Shown here: positions 1 through 14,179 of the stretch, piece after piece
Layout of the letters: the number at the start of each line of letters is the position of its first letter
How positions within the stretch are numbered: the first letter of the stretch is position 1
DNA from: Marsupella aquatica
Lineage: Eukaryota; Plantae; Marchantiophyta
DNA length: 64,000 bases
Direction of reading: 5' to 3'
Assembly: GCA_973895155.1 (NCBI GenBank)
Contig: OZ316896.1
Location: 4,779,925 to 4,843,924, forward strand
The notes under the pieces: model-generated
Seen by the model: only the letters and a program-made list of their open reading frames with translations
Told to the model about the DNA's origin: nothing
The model's database searches: none
Program-made: the position numbers and the translations under genes

Positions 1-298
1 GAGGTTGTTCTGAGGTTTCCGCCATAGCTTTGCAAATTGATGTAGCTTAATTACAAGGTTAAGTTCACAAACCTCTCATAAGGTTTTTCATTTTCATTAA
101 CTAGCCTGATTACCCTTTTTTGGAACGTTAAAAAACGATGAAGACCAAAAAATCTTGCAAAACAAAGATGCTCTTGTTCATCTTTGCCTCATCCCTCTTG
201 TTTTTCTCCCTCACTTCTATTTTGTCTTTATTGAGAGTCACTCTTAGTTTTGTCCTTATTTAGAGTCAGTGTCAGTTTTGTTAATCTTTGCTCCAATC

Positions 299-408
299 CC
301 TTTGTTTGGTTCACTTTTCAGTTTTGTCCTTTGAAAGTTAGGGTGTAGAGGCTTCCCTTTGTTTGATTCACTTTTCAATTTTGTCCTTTGAAAGTTAGGG
401 TGTAGAGT
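299..408. repeat. Tandem duplication, 2 copies, ~57-bp period
   Basis: The unit cctttgtttg(g/a)ttcacttttca(g/a)ttttgtcctttgaaagttagggtgtagag occurs twice in tandem. Confidence 0.85.
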
Positions 409-467
409 CTTTGCTCTAGACAATAGCCCTTGAAAGTAGCTTTGCATTGCGCTTTACTAGTACGATA

Positions 468-823
468 GGGGGCCTCAATATTGAGACTGCGACGATTTTT
501 TGTTCATCCGTGCCAGGTTCAGCAAAGATGTGGTCAAACAAAGAACAGGAGGCATCCCTGACTCTGGTCTACACACAATAGCCGCGGGAAGTGCTCATCT
601 TCTGTGAGTTCACATCCTGAGCTCTAAAGCAAAAGCAAGAGGGCTTCGACAAGGAGAGGCAGCCTCATACTCTACTCCTGTCATGTGCATGTCATGGGAC
701 GTTTCAAATTTAGGTCCCGCAATTGAGTATGACTTGGCGACCTTCTTTCCCGGAAGTGCTGGCACGGTCAAACGGCCATGGCCATCAAAATATTTGCAGC
801 CTCAAATGAATATTGAGGCCCCC
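468..823. mobile_element. MITE-like non-autonomous element (~356 bp)
   Basis: Perfect 15-bp terminal inverted repeats GGGGGCCTCAATATT (468-482) and AATATTGAGGCCCCC (809-823), TA on both outer sides, no coding capacity. Confidence 0.6.
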
Positions 824-3062
824 TAAATAGAAGGTGATGTGCTCAAAGTATGCCAAGGACTGCCACAACAAAGACAACGGGTGTACAGAGAAAATTGAAC
901 CCATGGGGCAGAACATGCACCAACAAAACACCACAATGCATGAGGGCGGCCAAATGGGCCCCAGGGTTACCAATTAAAATAAACCCATGTGGCCAGAACA
1001 CACACCAACCAAACACCACAGTGCCAGAAGCCGCCCTGACAGACCCCAGGTTACAAATTAAAAGCCTTGGGCCAGGAATGGATCAGGGTCAGTCTCAAAA
1101 CTTGATCATGATGTACCTTAATTGCTAGGTTAAGGTTACAGACAGAAAAAGCTACATGCTACCAAATCATGATTCATAACCTTTTGCCATGAAGAATAAT
1201 CATGTGCCATGACCATAAATTAGTGTCTAGGGTACAGAACAAACTTAAAAGAAAACATCGTGAAAAACTTCACAGTTGAGACTTTGAGACAAACTATTGC
1301 AACACTTTTCTGGTGCGCAAACCATGGTCACCCAAGGACTGATTGTGGTGGTTTAATTAGAGGTAATTCTGGTTAGATGTAGTGATAGTACTGTCAATAG
1401 AGGAATATAAAAAGAGTGGCAACCTATAATTTTAAACAAAAAGGGTTGCAATGTAACTCAAACTACTAGAATAAAGGATACCGCTCTTTGTGCCTACTTA
1501 GAAGTATTTTAATAGTAAATTTTTTTAAGAGGGGATGAGGCAGGGAGGCAATGCCTGACAAAACATGCAAATAAGAACCAAAAAATTTGGCACGGGGGCC
1601 GTTGATCGGAGACACGTACAACCAGATGACCCGCCTCCAATCACTCACAGCCTCCTTATGAAATGAAATTTCGGCTGGAACAAACCCAGGCCAGTTGCAT
1701 TCCCTTAATACCTATTTTCCAGAGCACTTAAATTGAGCCAGTGTGCCCTTTCTGTCAAAGAAAGATTGAACTACTGTAGCTGTTCAACTTTATTCTCACT
1801 GCTGTTTCAAAACACTTTTGATTGGACAACACTTTTGGCAAGGATAACACAGCTGCAATGATAACATTGGGGTTTATGTAATAACAAATATACGAACAAG
1901 AAAAAGGTGCCAAGTTAGAGCATTGTTTGCCGTGTGAGCACAGTGAACTGCACTGGACACCCTGAGTGGAGCCTACCAGGGTAATCTTTGAAGGATTTTA
2001 GTTTTTTCTCTGTGGCACATGGTACCCTGTCTCATGTCAGGGACAAGATGCTAAGAATATCCTTCATATAATTTTCCTGTATATACATATATCTCTTCTA
2101 TTAGATCTCCCTATATTTAAGAATTACCGTCAGATTGTGGCTAATGGATCCAGAAAAGTGGCGGATGATTCACGAGGAGGTGGAATTTGGCCAATTCTCA
2201 CCACCCAAAAATACCCTGGAGCCAAAGGTTAAGGTGAAATTGAAGCCCAAAAGTCATTTGATGAGCCAAAACTCTAGGATAGACATTTGCAACCCAGATC
2301 TACTGTAACAAAACCCTCATCTCTGCTGATTTCATAACATCACATGCTCATATAATACATATTACACTGACAAGGGAAATGTGACAAGAAAACTAGAATA
2401 ATCTTTGGAAATTTGAAGGTGTCTCAATATTGAATCAAATTTGACTACATTAGGTTCATTTAAAAGATATTTCCAAACCCTTTTTAACCAACCCCCCCCC
2501 CCCCTAAATAAATAAATAAATAAATAATTCAATTGGATATCAAGCGAGACACTGATGTCAACAATAATGAATAGTGAATGATAGAGTAAGCTCTAGAAAT
2601 TCATGACTTCTCTCAAATTCTCATGAAAACTAGAGATATTAGAATGGACAGAAAGATATTTTGAACCCGCTTCTTGTGAGCTCGAGAAGAGCCAATATGT
2701 TTGGATATCTCCGGTGTTTGTCATCACGCCATGCGTTACACAATGTGTCTATTGCTCTTCAGCAGGCTCAGGCATTCACCATTCTTTGTCGAGGTCAGGC
2801 AGCTAGTGTTAGGGACTTTAGTCAGATTGCCTTGGCTGCTTGACCCTCCTATGCAGTTCACCGACAAAAAGTCTTTTTGTTTCTGGCTTCAGTTGTGGTT
2901 GGCTAGCTTTTGCCAGGGTCTCTTGGGCTCCTATGCTCCTCAGTTCCCTCCCCTTGATTGAGTCTTTTGCCTGTCTCCGGGTTGGGCTCCTTTTGGTTTT
3001 TGGCAATTTGAAATAATATATTAATAAGGGTAAATAAGGTCTGCTCCTTTTTGGTTGGGAAA

Positions 3063-3168
3063 CTAGAAAAGTGTCAACCAGTGAGGTGTAAAAGAAAGGT
3101 GTCACTGTACATGGGCTAGAAGAGTGTCAAACAGTGAAGTGTAAAAGAAAGGTGTCCACTGTACATGG
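3063..3168. repeat. Tandem duplication (~53 bp x2) upstream of the CZIB-like gene
   Basis: ctagaa(a/g)agtgtcaa(c/a)cagtga(g/a)gtgtaaaagaaaggtgtc(c)actgtacatggg occurs twice. Confidence 0.8.
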
Positions 3169-3375
3169 GAGCGTCATTTTCGCCTACGGTAGAAGAAGAG
3201 GAAGAGGCTTATTATTACGACCAGAGTGGGACGAAGAAGAAACGCACGAAGTGAGAACGAGGAAGGACATTATTTTGTGCGCATTTGTGTTTGGATTGAA
3301 GAGATTTCTGACAGAGGAGGACGAGGAAGGTGCAGTTCAGGGGCAATTTATCACTCAAGCAGCAAGGCAGGAAGG

Positions 3376-5530
3376 ATGGTTCTGTTGATGCTCAAGATTA
3401 AAGCGGACCTGGAGAACGTCACCAATTTGTTACCTCAAGGAGGCTCGGATGGGACAGAGTTCACTTTCTACTTCAAGGTAGGTCTCGATTGAATGCCATC
3501 TTTCCTACAATTCTCTTCGAGGCCACGGCGGTCAAGTAGATGGATTCAGTTTCACAGCAATCTGCACTTCAAAACTTGCATGTATAGCCGGAGAGGATAT
3601 GTCCTTCTGGTCGCAAATCGAGAAATTCTTTGAATGTGAGTGGCCTCAGGTAACGCATTGGAGGAGGCGATTTCGTAAGGTATTGAGCAATCTGTTCTGC
3701 ACTATGGATGAAGGAGGTATTTGGCACAATAAAAAGAATACAGATCGGAAAGATTGTAGTCACAATCAAGGCAGGCTCGGTTGGGATGTCCGAATCATTC
3801 TATGCATTTCATGTAGGATATTCTCGGAAAGTGAAAGCACGGCTGTCCTGTCCTCGCCAATTTCAAGTTATTCCCTTAGCAATTCAAGGAAATTTCAAAA
3901 AGCCCAGCCCTGTGAAGCCGTGCCATGCCGGAAGACGAATAGTCTCCGTCTGTGTTTTTCGTCATATTCCAGAATAATGAGCTTACTATGTCAATTTGAG
4001 TCAGTAATTTGTTTCAAGGTTTACATCAAGTCGTAAGCCCCAATTCTATATAATCTGGTGAAATTGGGGAGCGGGAGGGGTCAGGGGTGGAGTGCAGATA
4101 TCAGACCTTCGAGGGCTCGGCTTGGGAGTACATTGGACGGTTCGTTGCGAATGAAATTAAACAGGAAATAACCAATACCGGTGTGCAGGTGAAATGTGGA
4201 AATTGCGGGAGTGCTAGTGACAAGGATTCGAGCATCACTGCGTCGGAGCAGTATCCCATTCCCAAAAGCCGTGGCCTGGCTCATCTAGTGCAAAAGGTAT
4301 GCGCGTTCTGCTGAGTAGTCTCGACTTTCACATCCCGCTCCTTGATGTTTTTCTTGTTGCGCCTGGGCTTTCGAAATGTCTCATTTCTGATTGGACTGAT
4401 CAGTTTTCAAACCTAATATATAGATTAGGTTAGAGGTTTTCCTTGTTGCGCCTGGGGTTTCGGAAATGTATAGATGCCTTGGGATATTATTACGTTGGGG
4501 CTTCATACTTTGTTTGGTGGCCATGCATGCCCCATTCGGTTCCTTTGTTCAGATGTCTGAAACGTCTACTGGTCGTGTTTCAGTGTAAATTTTGTGAGAC
4601 TGTTGGAAACGTATCTTTGATCGAGGGGCGTGGAAAACCCTACAATATTGAAGACAGTGAATCGAGAAATTTCGTACCAGTGGCGTGTTTCGATTGTCGT
4701 GGTATTGAGCCGGTGGAATTCTCCTGGAGGGATGGCTGGTCTGCTGATGGGGTAAGCTCCTTTCTTTTAAAGAGTGGTTCGACTTTACTCATCCTTAAGT
4801 TTCTCCCTAAGCGTTCACTAAAACACCCTGTTCTGTACAAGCGGTGTACTGACGCCTGAGAAATTGTGTAAAATGACTGAATATCCCTTTGGCGGTGTAC
4901 CCCACTGGACTCAATATTGCTTTCTGCAACTCAAGAATCTCGATCTGAATCTGCAAGACCCTATACGCGTTTCAAACTACCCTCGTAGAATCAACTAGAA
5001 GTAGCGACACTCACTCCTCTCTGGTCCAATTCATTACCTAATACATAGTTAGCATGTTTCTGGTACTTCATTCATCTGTGGTGGTTAAATTGTCTCTTGG
5101 TTGAGTTGGATCCACCTACTCTGTATAGTTGTGTTTGTGAATGCTTCTCTGCTGTAGTTCTGAGTCCCCAAAAGGTGGATTCGTCTAATAGTTGCTGTTT
5201 TGTCCATATTTGACCTTGCTCCTCACGCAAATGTACTGAGCGATTTGGAATTCTAGAAGCTAGTCTGTTTTGATAGAAGTAGCATGATATTTTCATTGTA
5301 GCTAGTATTTCGCTAAGCTAACATAACAGAGGAAGGTTCGATCTTCGTTCTGGCATGCAGTGATAGGGCACTTGGAAAACTAATCTGTTTTATAATTTTT
5401 GATGCAGTTGTCTGGAACAAAATTCGAGAATATTGATCTTTCAGATGGAGAGTGGTCAGAGTACGATGAGAAGGCATCTGCCTCAGTTGGCATCCTGAGC
5501 GTTGAATACAGATTTGATACCACGAAATAA
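3376..5530 (+). CDS. CZIB: CXXC-motif zinc-binding protein (DUF866/UPF0587, C1orf123-like); exons 3376-3477, 4189-4296, 4584-4751, 5408-5530; 166 aa
   Basis: Spliced product MVLLMLKIKADLENVTNL...FYFK|VKCGNCG...AHLVQK|CKFC...FDCRGIEPVEF...GWSADG|LSGTKFENIDLSDGEWSEYDEK... has two CxxC motifs and the typical DUF866 signatures. All introns are GT-AG, phase 0, and the frame is intact. Confidence 0.93.
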
Positions 5531-6363
5531 TTCAGTTGCTGGTGTACATACTTTTATTGGTTCCGTGACTCCTTTCGGCTACTGTCAGTTGGCTTTCAGA
5601 TGCCCGCCTCCATCATGCAAGTGCTTAAAAATTACTGTCGATGAACCTCATCCAGGAGGCACCGATGCCAATTGTAGGCCTACCATGGAATTAATACTTG
5701 GTTGCTTATGTGAAGCCACTTCTCTTTTGATGAAGATAATTTTCTAAAGTGGTGATTAATGCAAGAGGGTTTTACTGTAATTGGAGGGTGATTCAAAATT
5801 CTTTGCATGCAGAGGAATTCTTTCTCTCACGAGCTCTACATCCTTACACTCGTATCACGGTGTACCTGTTGTACCAAGAAGGCCGCTTCTGTTGATGTTG
5901 AATTTCCAAATCTAAAAAGTAGGTGTTTTGCAGGTCTTTTTTGAAAGCCATATCCCAGTCAGTCCGTGTCTACTCATTTTACCTCTCTTTGTTGTCCCTG
6001 AAGCTTTGGCGTCAGACTATTCATTGTGTTGATTCCATATGTTTAGCTCGATGACCTTGAGGCCATTTAATGATCAAGACCTTAATAGGATTAAGAAGTT
6101 CGAGCTTGTTGGCTAGATATGCTGGGACTCTTTTGCAAACCCCAGATGTGGTGTCCCTATGAGTTTACGGAACCCGCATGAGTTCATAGGGAGACACCAC
6201 ATCTTTCTTGCGGATCTTCTCGAGTCTTCTGGGTTTTCCATTCTTCAGTGAGGTAGTCGAAATTGATCCCGTGCAGTGCCAATGTGGGGATCCGTTGTTG
6301 ACGTCTCCCTAGTGCAATTCTCTCCATCATGGACTGAAATTCCTCTCCTAATAATTTATTTAT

Positions 6364-6533
6364 CAAGTAGCAGGGTCTTTGCATTCTCCACGGTTGGTTA
6401 AGCAATAACCCAAGCTAACTGGACACAACTCCGCTGGCAACATCTGACCCAAGTAGCAGGGTCTTTGAATTTTCCATGGTTGGTTAAGCAATAACCCAAG
6501 CTAACTGGACAGAACCCACTGGCAACATCTGAC
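6364..6533. repeat. Tandem duplication, 2 copies, ~86-bp period
   Basis: caagtagcagggtctttg...ggttggttaagcaataacccaagctaactggaca...ctggcaacatctgac occurs twice. Confidence 0.85.
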
Positions 6534-7623
6534 AAAGTTTGATCATCAGATGGTCATCCATGTCTTCTACCCTAACTACACTAGAACACACTGTTCAACC
6601 CTCTGCATTGCATTGGTTTGGGTCCTTTATTTTGCTCCCGCCCAACTTGCTTGGCCCCCTCCTGGTTGGGTGCCCCACTCCCCATCCCCTTTGGTCCAGG
6701 GTGGGCCAGAGAGTTAAGTTTAAGTTGAGAATGATGACAAACGTTAAGTGATGAAAACCGGCATAATGTCAACTGATGGATAATTCCAAACTAATAACTA
6801 AAGTAATATTATTTAACACCAGTGAAGTTGGCAAAATAGTAACCTCCACACTATAATATCCGATTGCACTCATCATGGTCCACCATCGATTCACTAATTG
6901 CCATCTGGGCGGGAAGAAATCCTGGCCTCCCCTACTCTCCATGCCTCACCATCTGTGCCTCTTATTTAAAAGCAGTGAAAAAAATTAACAACAGCGAAAA
7001 AAGCTGGCAAAATAATAACCTACACACTAGAAAATCTAATCCCACTCATTCTGGTATATCATCGTTTCAATGATTGACATCTGTGCCTTCACCCTCGATG
7101 CCTCATCTGGCCTTCCCTATTCGTGCCTCCCCTTGCTCATCGTGCAATTCACACCTACACTGGGGTGGTTAGTATCAAATTAAGTTAAATTAGACAAAGA
7201 GTCGCAAAGTTTCTAATTCGAAGAAAAGCGTGTCAACGGACTAAATCTCACTTTGCAGAATTTACGTTCCAAAACTTGACAATACGGGAAACAAAGAGTG
7301 AACAGGCAGATTGCAGAGCACGAAACCCGCAGCACTGGATTGTTCGGGTGAATTGCCATCAGCCGGCGAATTTGGTGCCCGAGTCGCGACCGTCGTTGTG
7401 CCGGAAGGAGCGTTTGAGCTGCCACCTCGTAGCCCTCCATCGTGCAGTCTAGAGTAGACCAGGCTTCTGTCTCGGTTTCGGTTTCGGTGTAGTGATGTTG
7501 GTGATCCGTTTCGTCACAGAGCAGAGGAGAGGAGAGTTGCAGAAGTGAATGTTGGTCCTACCCAGAAAGCAAATTGGGTGGTGATTATTCTGTCCCGGTG
7601 AGAGAGTTTGGGTGGGAGAGGAG

Positions 7624-10029
7624 ATGGCTCTGGCAGATATTTGGACCGCCGTCGGTCCAGCGTTGGCAGGTGCTGTGTTTGGGAGTGGGTGGTGGTGCTG
7701 GGTGGACGCAGTTGTGTGCAGTGCTATAACTGTTCCGTTTCTACATTATCTTCCTGGTGTGTTCTCCTCTCCTCTTCCCTCTCGATTTCCCTTTCCTTGA
7801 GCCCCTTCCTCTGATGGCACATCTTTGCCATAGTTCCTCCCTGTCTCCATTTAAGAGGACGGATTGTTCTGGGATTTTGATCCCGGTAATGAGTAGATTT
7901 CTATTCATGGACAATACAGCACGGCTGAAATCAAGGGAATTCGTGGTCTCAGACGGGAATTTTCAGTTCGCTGTTAACGCAGTGCAAAGGTTGAAGGACT
8001 CTGTTGTTGTGTATCTAAGGGCAGCGAGAATTGCTTTCGTCGGAAATGCGTGTTGACAATTCACCTCGCTATGGGCAGTAAAGTTGAATGAAGGGCATAA
8101 TTGAACATGAAGGGCATGGGTCTGCAAGAGCTCACAGTGCTTCACAGATGACGCAAAACCCTTCACCGATGATGTAAAAGACAAAACATCAAATTTGAGT
8201 GCGTTCGTGAAGAAATTTTCTGACTGGCAGTAATGCAAATTTTAAGATTGACGGCACGGACTTTCATGCTTTTAGAGTAAAGTCTGAGAGGTGCCTCCGC
8301 ATAATTGTCAGATGCATTGAAGGAATTTCGAGACCCTAGTTCTAAAATGCCAAGCCAGAGGCTACTACTACCATGCCAACCCACTTTGTGCGACACTACT
8401 ATTCCGTCAATTTTACTTCTATTGGTTAAGCACACATTTTTAGTTCTTTTTTTGGCCTTTCTTAGCTTTATCACCAGTCTAGTTTCCCTTGATCCGCTGA
8501 ATTGTGTTTTTCGCACCAGAGTAACGAATACTCAGATGGGGGAGGCAGGTAGGCTAGATTTTAACATCGCACTAAAGGACTAAATATGTTCTGGACGTTT
8601 TCTATGTCGAAGTCGCTTCCGTTGGATCGCCTGTATGGGCCTGTCGTAGGTCAGGCGAACGAGCTTCCTGACCATTTCTGCCTCCCGTCTTCACACTCGA
8701 TACAATCTGCAGGATTATTCGCTTCACTAGCTGCGTTGATGTTCAACGGTGTGAGGAGAGAAGAGCTGCAAGAGTACTCACCATATGATGACGGGGAAGG
8801 ATGCAGGTACACTCTGGTCCATTTCATTTGGAAACTGCTTTGAAATATTCTTGCAGGACAGGTTTGTCTCAAATGTAGGTTTGAGCACGTTACTTTCACT
8901 AGGTCTTGGGAACTACTAATGTTTGGAGAGGAGCTTGAACAATGAATTCAACTTGGATTTTGCTTCGTTACCATAACAAAGTATCCAAACATATTGAATT
9001 GATTTGAATCGCATAGTGTATGTGAACGCTTCAGCTGCTTGCCCGTTACATGACGGTGTCTAGTCCGGAGTCCTAGTTTTGTCTACGTCAATCAGCTCAT
9101 CAGGTAGATTGTCTTGGAAAGAAAAACTAGGTTTTTGAAACGAAGACCAGAGAATGATCAACGGGAGGACATCTCCAATTAAGGGATGACTCGGCCTGCA
9201 TCTCCGATCAAGCCAGTCCAATCCTAGGATATCTCCTTCGGACTGAAAGATTAACCTGTACTCCCTGTTTGTTCCCGTACATTATACCACTATACTAAGT
9301 GAACAACAGCCTTGCACTGCTTGGTAGGCTCCTTTTTGTTTTGCTTAGTTTTGATGGTTCTTACCAAATGACGTGAATGGGTTCGCTGGAGTCTAACTAA
9401 GACCTGCATGGGGTATTGATCATGTGCAGATCAAGGACTTGGCTCTTTCTTGCATATGTCATCGCATTTGTATCATTAGCAGCTTCAGTTGGCCTTTTAG
9501 TTGAAGATGCTCTCGTACCAGAGAAACCATCAACTTGGACCGGTATTGCCGGTGTATTGCAATGTAGTTTTGTCCTCGGCAGGTACATCTTTTACTTCGA
9601 ATGGAATATGAAAAAGAGGTTGGGTTTGCCTACAAATGTTTTTTCCATTGAATACACTGAAAGTTGCCGCCAGCCTTCGTCGAGAGCGATAATTTTCGTA
9701 TTCGTTGAGTTCCTTACCACGTGCTTCGTCGAAAGGTCTTTGGCACACGACACAGGGCCTGTAACCAGGGCCAGTTGCACGGTCGTTGTCCCACGGTTTT
9801 GTTGAAAGAAGCTTTGTTCGATTCACATCTCAGGGAAAATCTACTCACTTCTCCGAGGGCTTTACAAGCGTCAGTATCTGTCAGATTGTGACTAGTTCAT
9901 TGAGTATTCTTCGAGTAGTAGTCCATACTAGGATTCTGATAGAAATGTTTGCTGACAGTTTGGATGATGTGTTGTGGTTTGTCCAGTGGTTTGGTATTTT
10001 GGACATCCAGATCCGTAAATGACTACTGA
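7624..10029 (+). CDS. TMEM50: Transmembrane protein 50 homolog (UPF0220, Vps68-like); exons 7624-7756, 8713-8806, 9430-9582, 9987-10029
   Basis: MALADIWTAVGPALAGAVFGSGWWCWVDAVVCS...HYLPG|LFASLAALMFNGV...YSPYDDGEGCR|SRTWLFLAYV...WTGIAGVLQCSFVLGS|GLVFWTSRSVNDY*. GT-AG junctions keep the frame, and the pattern matches plant TMEM50 homologs. Confidence 0.9.
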
Positions 10030-11986
10030 CTCCAATAAAGTGCCTCTGGTAAGTCTCCTGATACCTCGAATGTTTTAGTGTGTTTTGTTAGTTGTTACAG
10101 AGGAAAGTATTCATTGAAGGTGCCATGGACATGCTTAGACAATGACAGCTGACAAGAACATGGCTCTCTTGCAGATTTGAGGCGATTGTTCAAGATTCAA
10201 AACATGAAATTTGAATTTTAATGCTAAGTATTCTAGTGACAAATTCCAAATGGCGGGAATTTGTTACAACGACTGAGAAGAAGTTGATATGAAGTATCAT
10301 GGCCCTATGTGTTTTTGCAATAAGGTATCCTCAAGAAGGGAGGTTCTTGTAGTTCGTTACTTTTTCACTTGGGATTATTTTCTCTACACGCCAGGCAAAA
10401 AACAAAATGAGAATTTGTTCAAATGGGGTCCATACCGGCAATTGCCGAGAGGTACTAAAACACAGTCCACTCTTTTTGTTCTCTGTGATGGGTGAGGACG
10501 GTGCTTGACGTTGTCGGTATGTGCAAAGATCTCAATTTGGGTACATGTAGGTATGTGTTTGCACTGGAGCCCAGATTCGAAGATGTTCGATGATCCGTAT
10601 AAGTTTACCTGGTCATCAAACGTAAACATCTTTGGATTCCTGCCCCATATTCGTGTCAGTTTCCCAGTTTACCCAATTGTCAAAGATCGATGTCGTTGGA
10701 TTGTGGCTCCATATACTTCTCAATTCAATACATTTAGTTACAAGCCAGGGGTGTGTCTTGAAGTTATATTGTCCTTTTGAATGAAATTTGGTTCAATAAA
10801 ATGACCCGCCAACGGTTCTCGTCATACCTCGTGTTCTGTCCATTTACAGGTATGACTCCATTTACAGTTATCGGTATACTTACAAAAGAAATGAATTGCT
10901 TCAATTGCACTTCACGTCTACGAATTTTTCTTTACATGTAGTGAATGACATACGTACATGCTAAAGCCAGGCAAGGAGGTGTTACATACATGCACATCTT
11001 TGGGATGAGCTCGTCAGCAGGATAGGTTTTGTAGTAGAGGCGAACGAGCGGGATGAAAGCAATTGGCATTCACGTGCAGCAAATCTCAGTCAATTGGTTT
11101 GTATGTGCAAACTGTCATGTGATTTATTCCCATCGTCTGTTGAAATCTCGTCAAGAAACTAGACAATGTCGTTTACCATTTCTACCATAGAAATTTTCCT
11201 GGTGGAAACCAATTGTTTGCCATCTGGTAGAATCCTGGCCCACAGGCAACCCATGGCAGCATAAGTTGGTGATCACTGAAAAGATTATCACTGAGAAAAC
11301 TGCAGCGAGATAAGAGAACTCAACTATCCTTTATGGTATGTATCCAGCACCTTGTCCAGCTCAATGTCGGCACTGGATTCATGGTTCATGGCAACAAAGA
11401 GTGAGAGCCGTTTGTGAGTGTGCTCGGATGTCAACGGGATGGCATATTTCTTTCTTTCAAGCTCTGGTCTCGCCCCGGTTATCATGTTTGTTAAGTCCAC
11501 AGACGAGTTTTCTCAAACGGGACAGGTTGCACATGAGAAGCCCGTGAATGCTATTTTCCGTTCACTAACTTCTTGACAAAGTGCAAGAGAAAAGGAGATT
11601 GAAACAATTTGTGTAGTTGATGATCCTCTCCATAGCCTCCTGCCAAATCTAAGCAGATTGAAGCTTCTTTAAGTCAAACAGTTTTATTGTCTGTACTGAT
11701 GCACTCAGCCTTGGTGGTAAGTCCTGTCAAACAAAGTAAACCAAATCTAGACAAGGATGCTTAGAAGGAAAACTCCCCTTAACCTTGCAATCTATAAGGA
11801 CCGGGTCATGTTTAAACCAAGGAGTTTTTGAGGGAAGCGTATAAACTTACACTAGCTGCACAATACCCTGGACACCAATTTCAAACATACCACTGGAATC
11901 TCTGGGATAGATGAAAGGTGTCTCTCTTTCTCACACCGGCTCTTTGTTTCCTTGCAACATATCATAGCCTATATTGTACTCTACTT

Positions 11987-12909
11987 GATGGACACACATT
12001 GCTTATTGTTGTCTCAATGCCTTTTGATAGGGTTGGTGGCATAAGAACCATTCAGGAGAATCAGGAGGGTTGTTTTTGTGTAGTAGCCCTTTACAAAAGC
12101 CGGGTTGAATAAGGACCAGGCATCATTGGATAATTTTTTATGTTTGTGTTTATCACATATGCTATGGACCAACCCTCTTATCCTAACACTATGCCTTACC
12201 ACATGTGTCATTCCGTCAGACAATTTGTCCTAACATTAGAACATTTCATACAAGTATTAACTATGACATCTGGTGTCTTCCCCTGAATGCACTCCTTGGC
12301 CTTGTGTTTGAAGATGGAATTTTTTGGAAGTCCTGAAAAATAGACATTTGAACTCAAACACAATGTCTATTGAACGGAACGCCCGGGTGTTGTGTTCGAG
12401 TTGGATGTTGTGTTTGAGTTTTGACTACCTTGTTTTACATTGAGTACAAAAGGTCAAGATTATGAATCCTTTGACAATGCCAATATTGGAACACAATGCT
12501 CATTTTTGAACACAATGCCATGAACAAAAAATGAAAATAGATACTATAAGAAGGCCTCATGCGCACTATCTGAATAGAGTGGCCAAGGGCCCACTATTTA
12601 AATACATGGCATTGTGTTGGGGGACTATCTGAATAGAGTCTGTGGCCCAGGGCCCACTATTTGAATGGCGCCATGTTGGGGGAAGATAGGAGCCTCTATT
12701 TGTGTTCTGAGGCAAGTGAAAAGAAAGGAGTTTTGGTGTTGTTGGGATTTTCTAGGTTGCCACTTGTTTTGGCATAATACATACCATGCCATTAATTTTT
12801 TAATTTTTTATCACCAAGCCACTCTTTTGCTTATGTGTTAATGAAACTAACCAGGTTAGTCCATTCACATCCAATGACTCTCATCACACCCAATTTCACT
12901 ATTAGATGA
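11987..12909 (+). repeat. ~0.9-kb dispersed repeat R, copy 1
   Basis: Near-identical to 20839-20926 joined to 24618-25481. Contains an internal ~57-bp duplication (actatctgaatagagt...gggcccactattt). Confidence 0.9.
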
Positions 12910-13281
12910 AATTATAAAGTTATCAACCAATGGGGATATAAGTTACAGGCCACCAACTGTTCAGTTCTACTTGCCCGGTTGAGCCTGGTGAGAGTCAGTC
13001 TCTCCTTCTCAGAAATAAGGACTAATTGTGAGCATACTCAAAGTAGAGTCTTAAAAAGGTAACATTTGCTCTAAAGTACCTGATTGATTGAAACTAAGGC
13101 ATTTAAAAAATTAAGGGGGTTAGAAGAATTTACTAAATTTGAAATAATACAAAACAAAAGCCTTGACTAGGTCAAATGCATATAAAAATACATGACAAGC
13201 AACTTGAATAAGACAAGCCAACCAAAAGGTGTTCTGCCATCCTAAACTATAATACAAGGTTGCACCAATTTTCACAACTGG

Positions 13282-13560
13282 TGGTCGTCATTCAAATTTG
13301 CAGGGCATGATTAAAATAATAGGGTCAAGGGTAAGTAATAAAGCCAAAGTGTGAGTTGAGTTTACTTAGTGTGACTCACAAAAAGTTGCACCATTGTCCA
13401 AGACAAGCCAAATAATCACAGTGGTCGTCATTCAAATTTGCAGGGCACGATTTAAAAAATAGGGTCAAGGGTAAGTAATAAAGCCAAAGTGTGAATTGAG
13501 TTTACTTAGTGTGACTCACAAAAAGTTGCACCATTGTCCAAGACAAGCCAAATAATCACA
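13282..13560. repeat. Tandem duplication, 2 copies, ~139-bp period
   Basis: gtggtcgtcattcaaatttgcagggca...gacaagccaaataatcaca occurs twice. Confidence 0.9.
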
Positions 13561-14179
13561 CGAGACACCCCACAAAGTGAAAGACTTTAATTAACACAAT
13601 GCACAAGAATCAATGCATGAGAATCAAGGAGGGTACTCCCTTCATGATCCATGCATGTAAGTCGGGATGTAAGTATTGTAATACTCACATGCAAGTAAAT
13701 ATTGTACATATTCAATGTTGTGTGTATACTAACATAGTTTTGTATAACATTGGTAAGAGGAGTTTAATTGCTAATAATATTTTAGTCACTTGATCAATAA
13801 AAAATTGTTCTCCCAATATTTGTGGTGATTTTTAGAGTCATTTGCATTGTCATTTTCAATGCCAAAAAACAAAAGCAACAAGGCCCAAAGACATAGTGAA
13901 ACGCATGGCACGGGTGTTGATGGCAAGGTGTCAGGTGAGGGGCACACTCACAATGTAGGGCAGCCCCTCAAAGGGCTCCAGTCGCGCATGGGTGGGGAGG
14001 GGGGGCGGCGAGCGAGTGGAGTGATGGTGAAATGAGGAAAAGGTGGAGGTTAAGGTTTAAAAGGAACATAAGAGAAAAAAGTTTTAAAAGGGGTAAAAAA
14101 ACACCTATCATTTTGTTATACTTTTGTGGTTGTCATAGCCATTGTTTTGTGCAATGGCATCTTTTATTCAAGAATTTTT

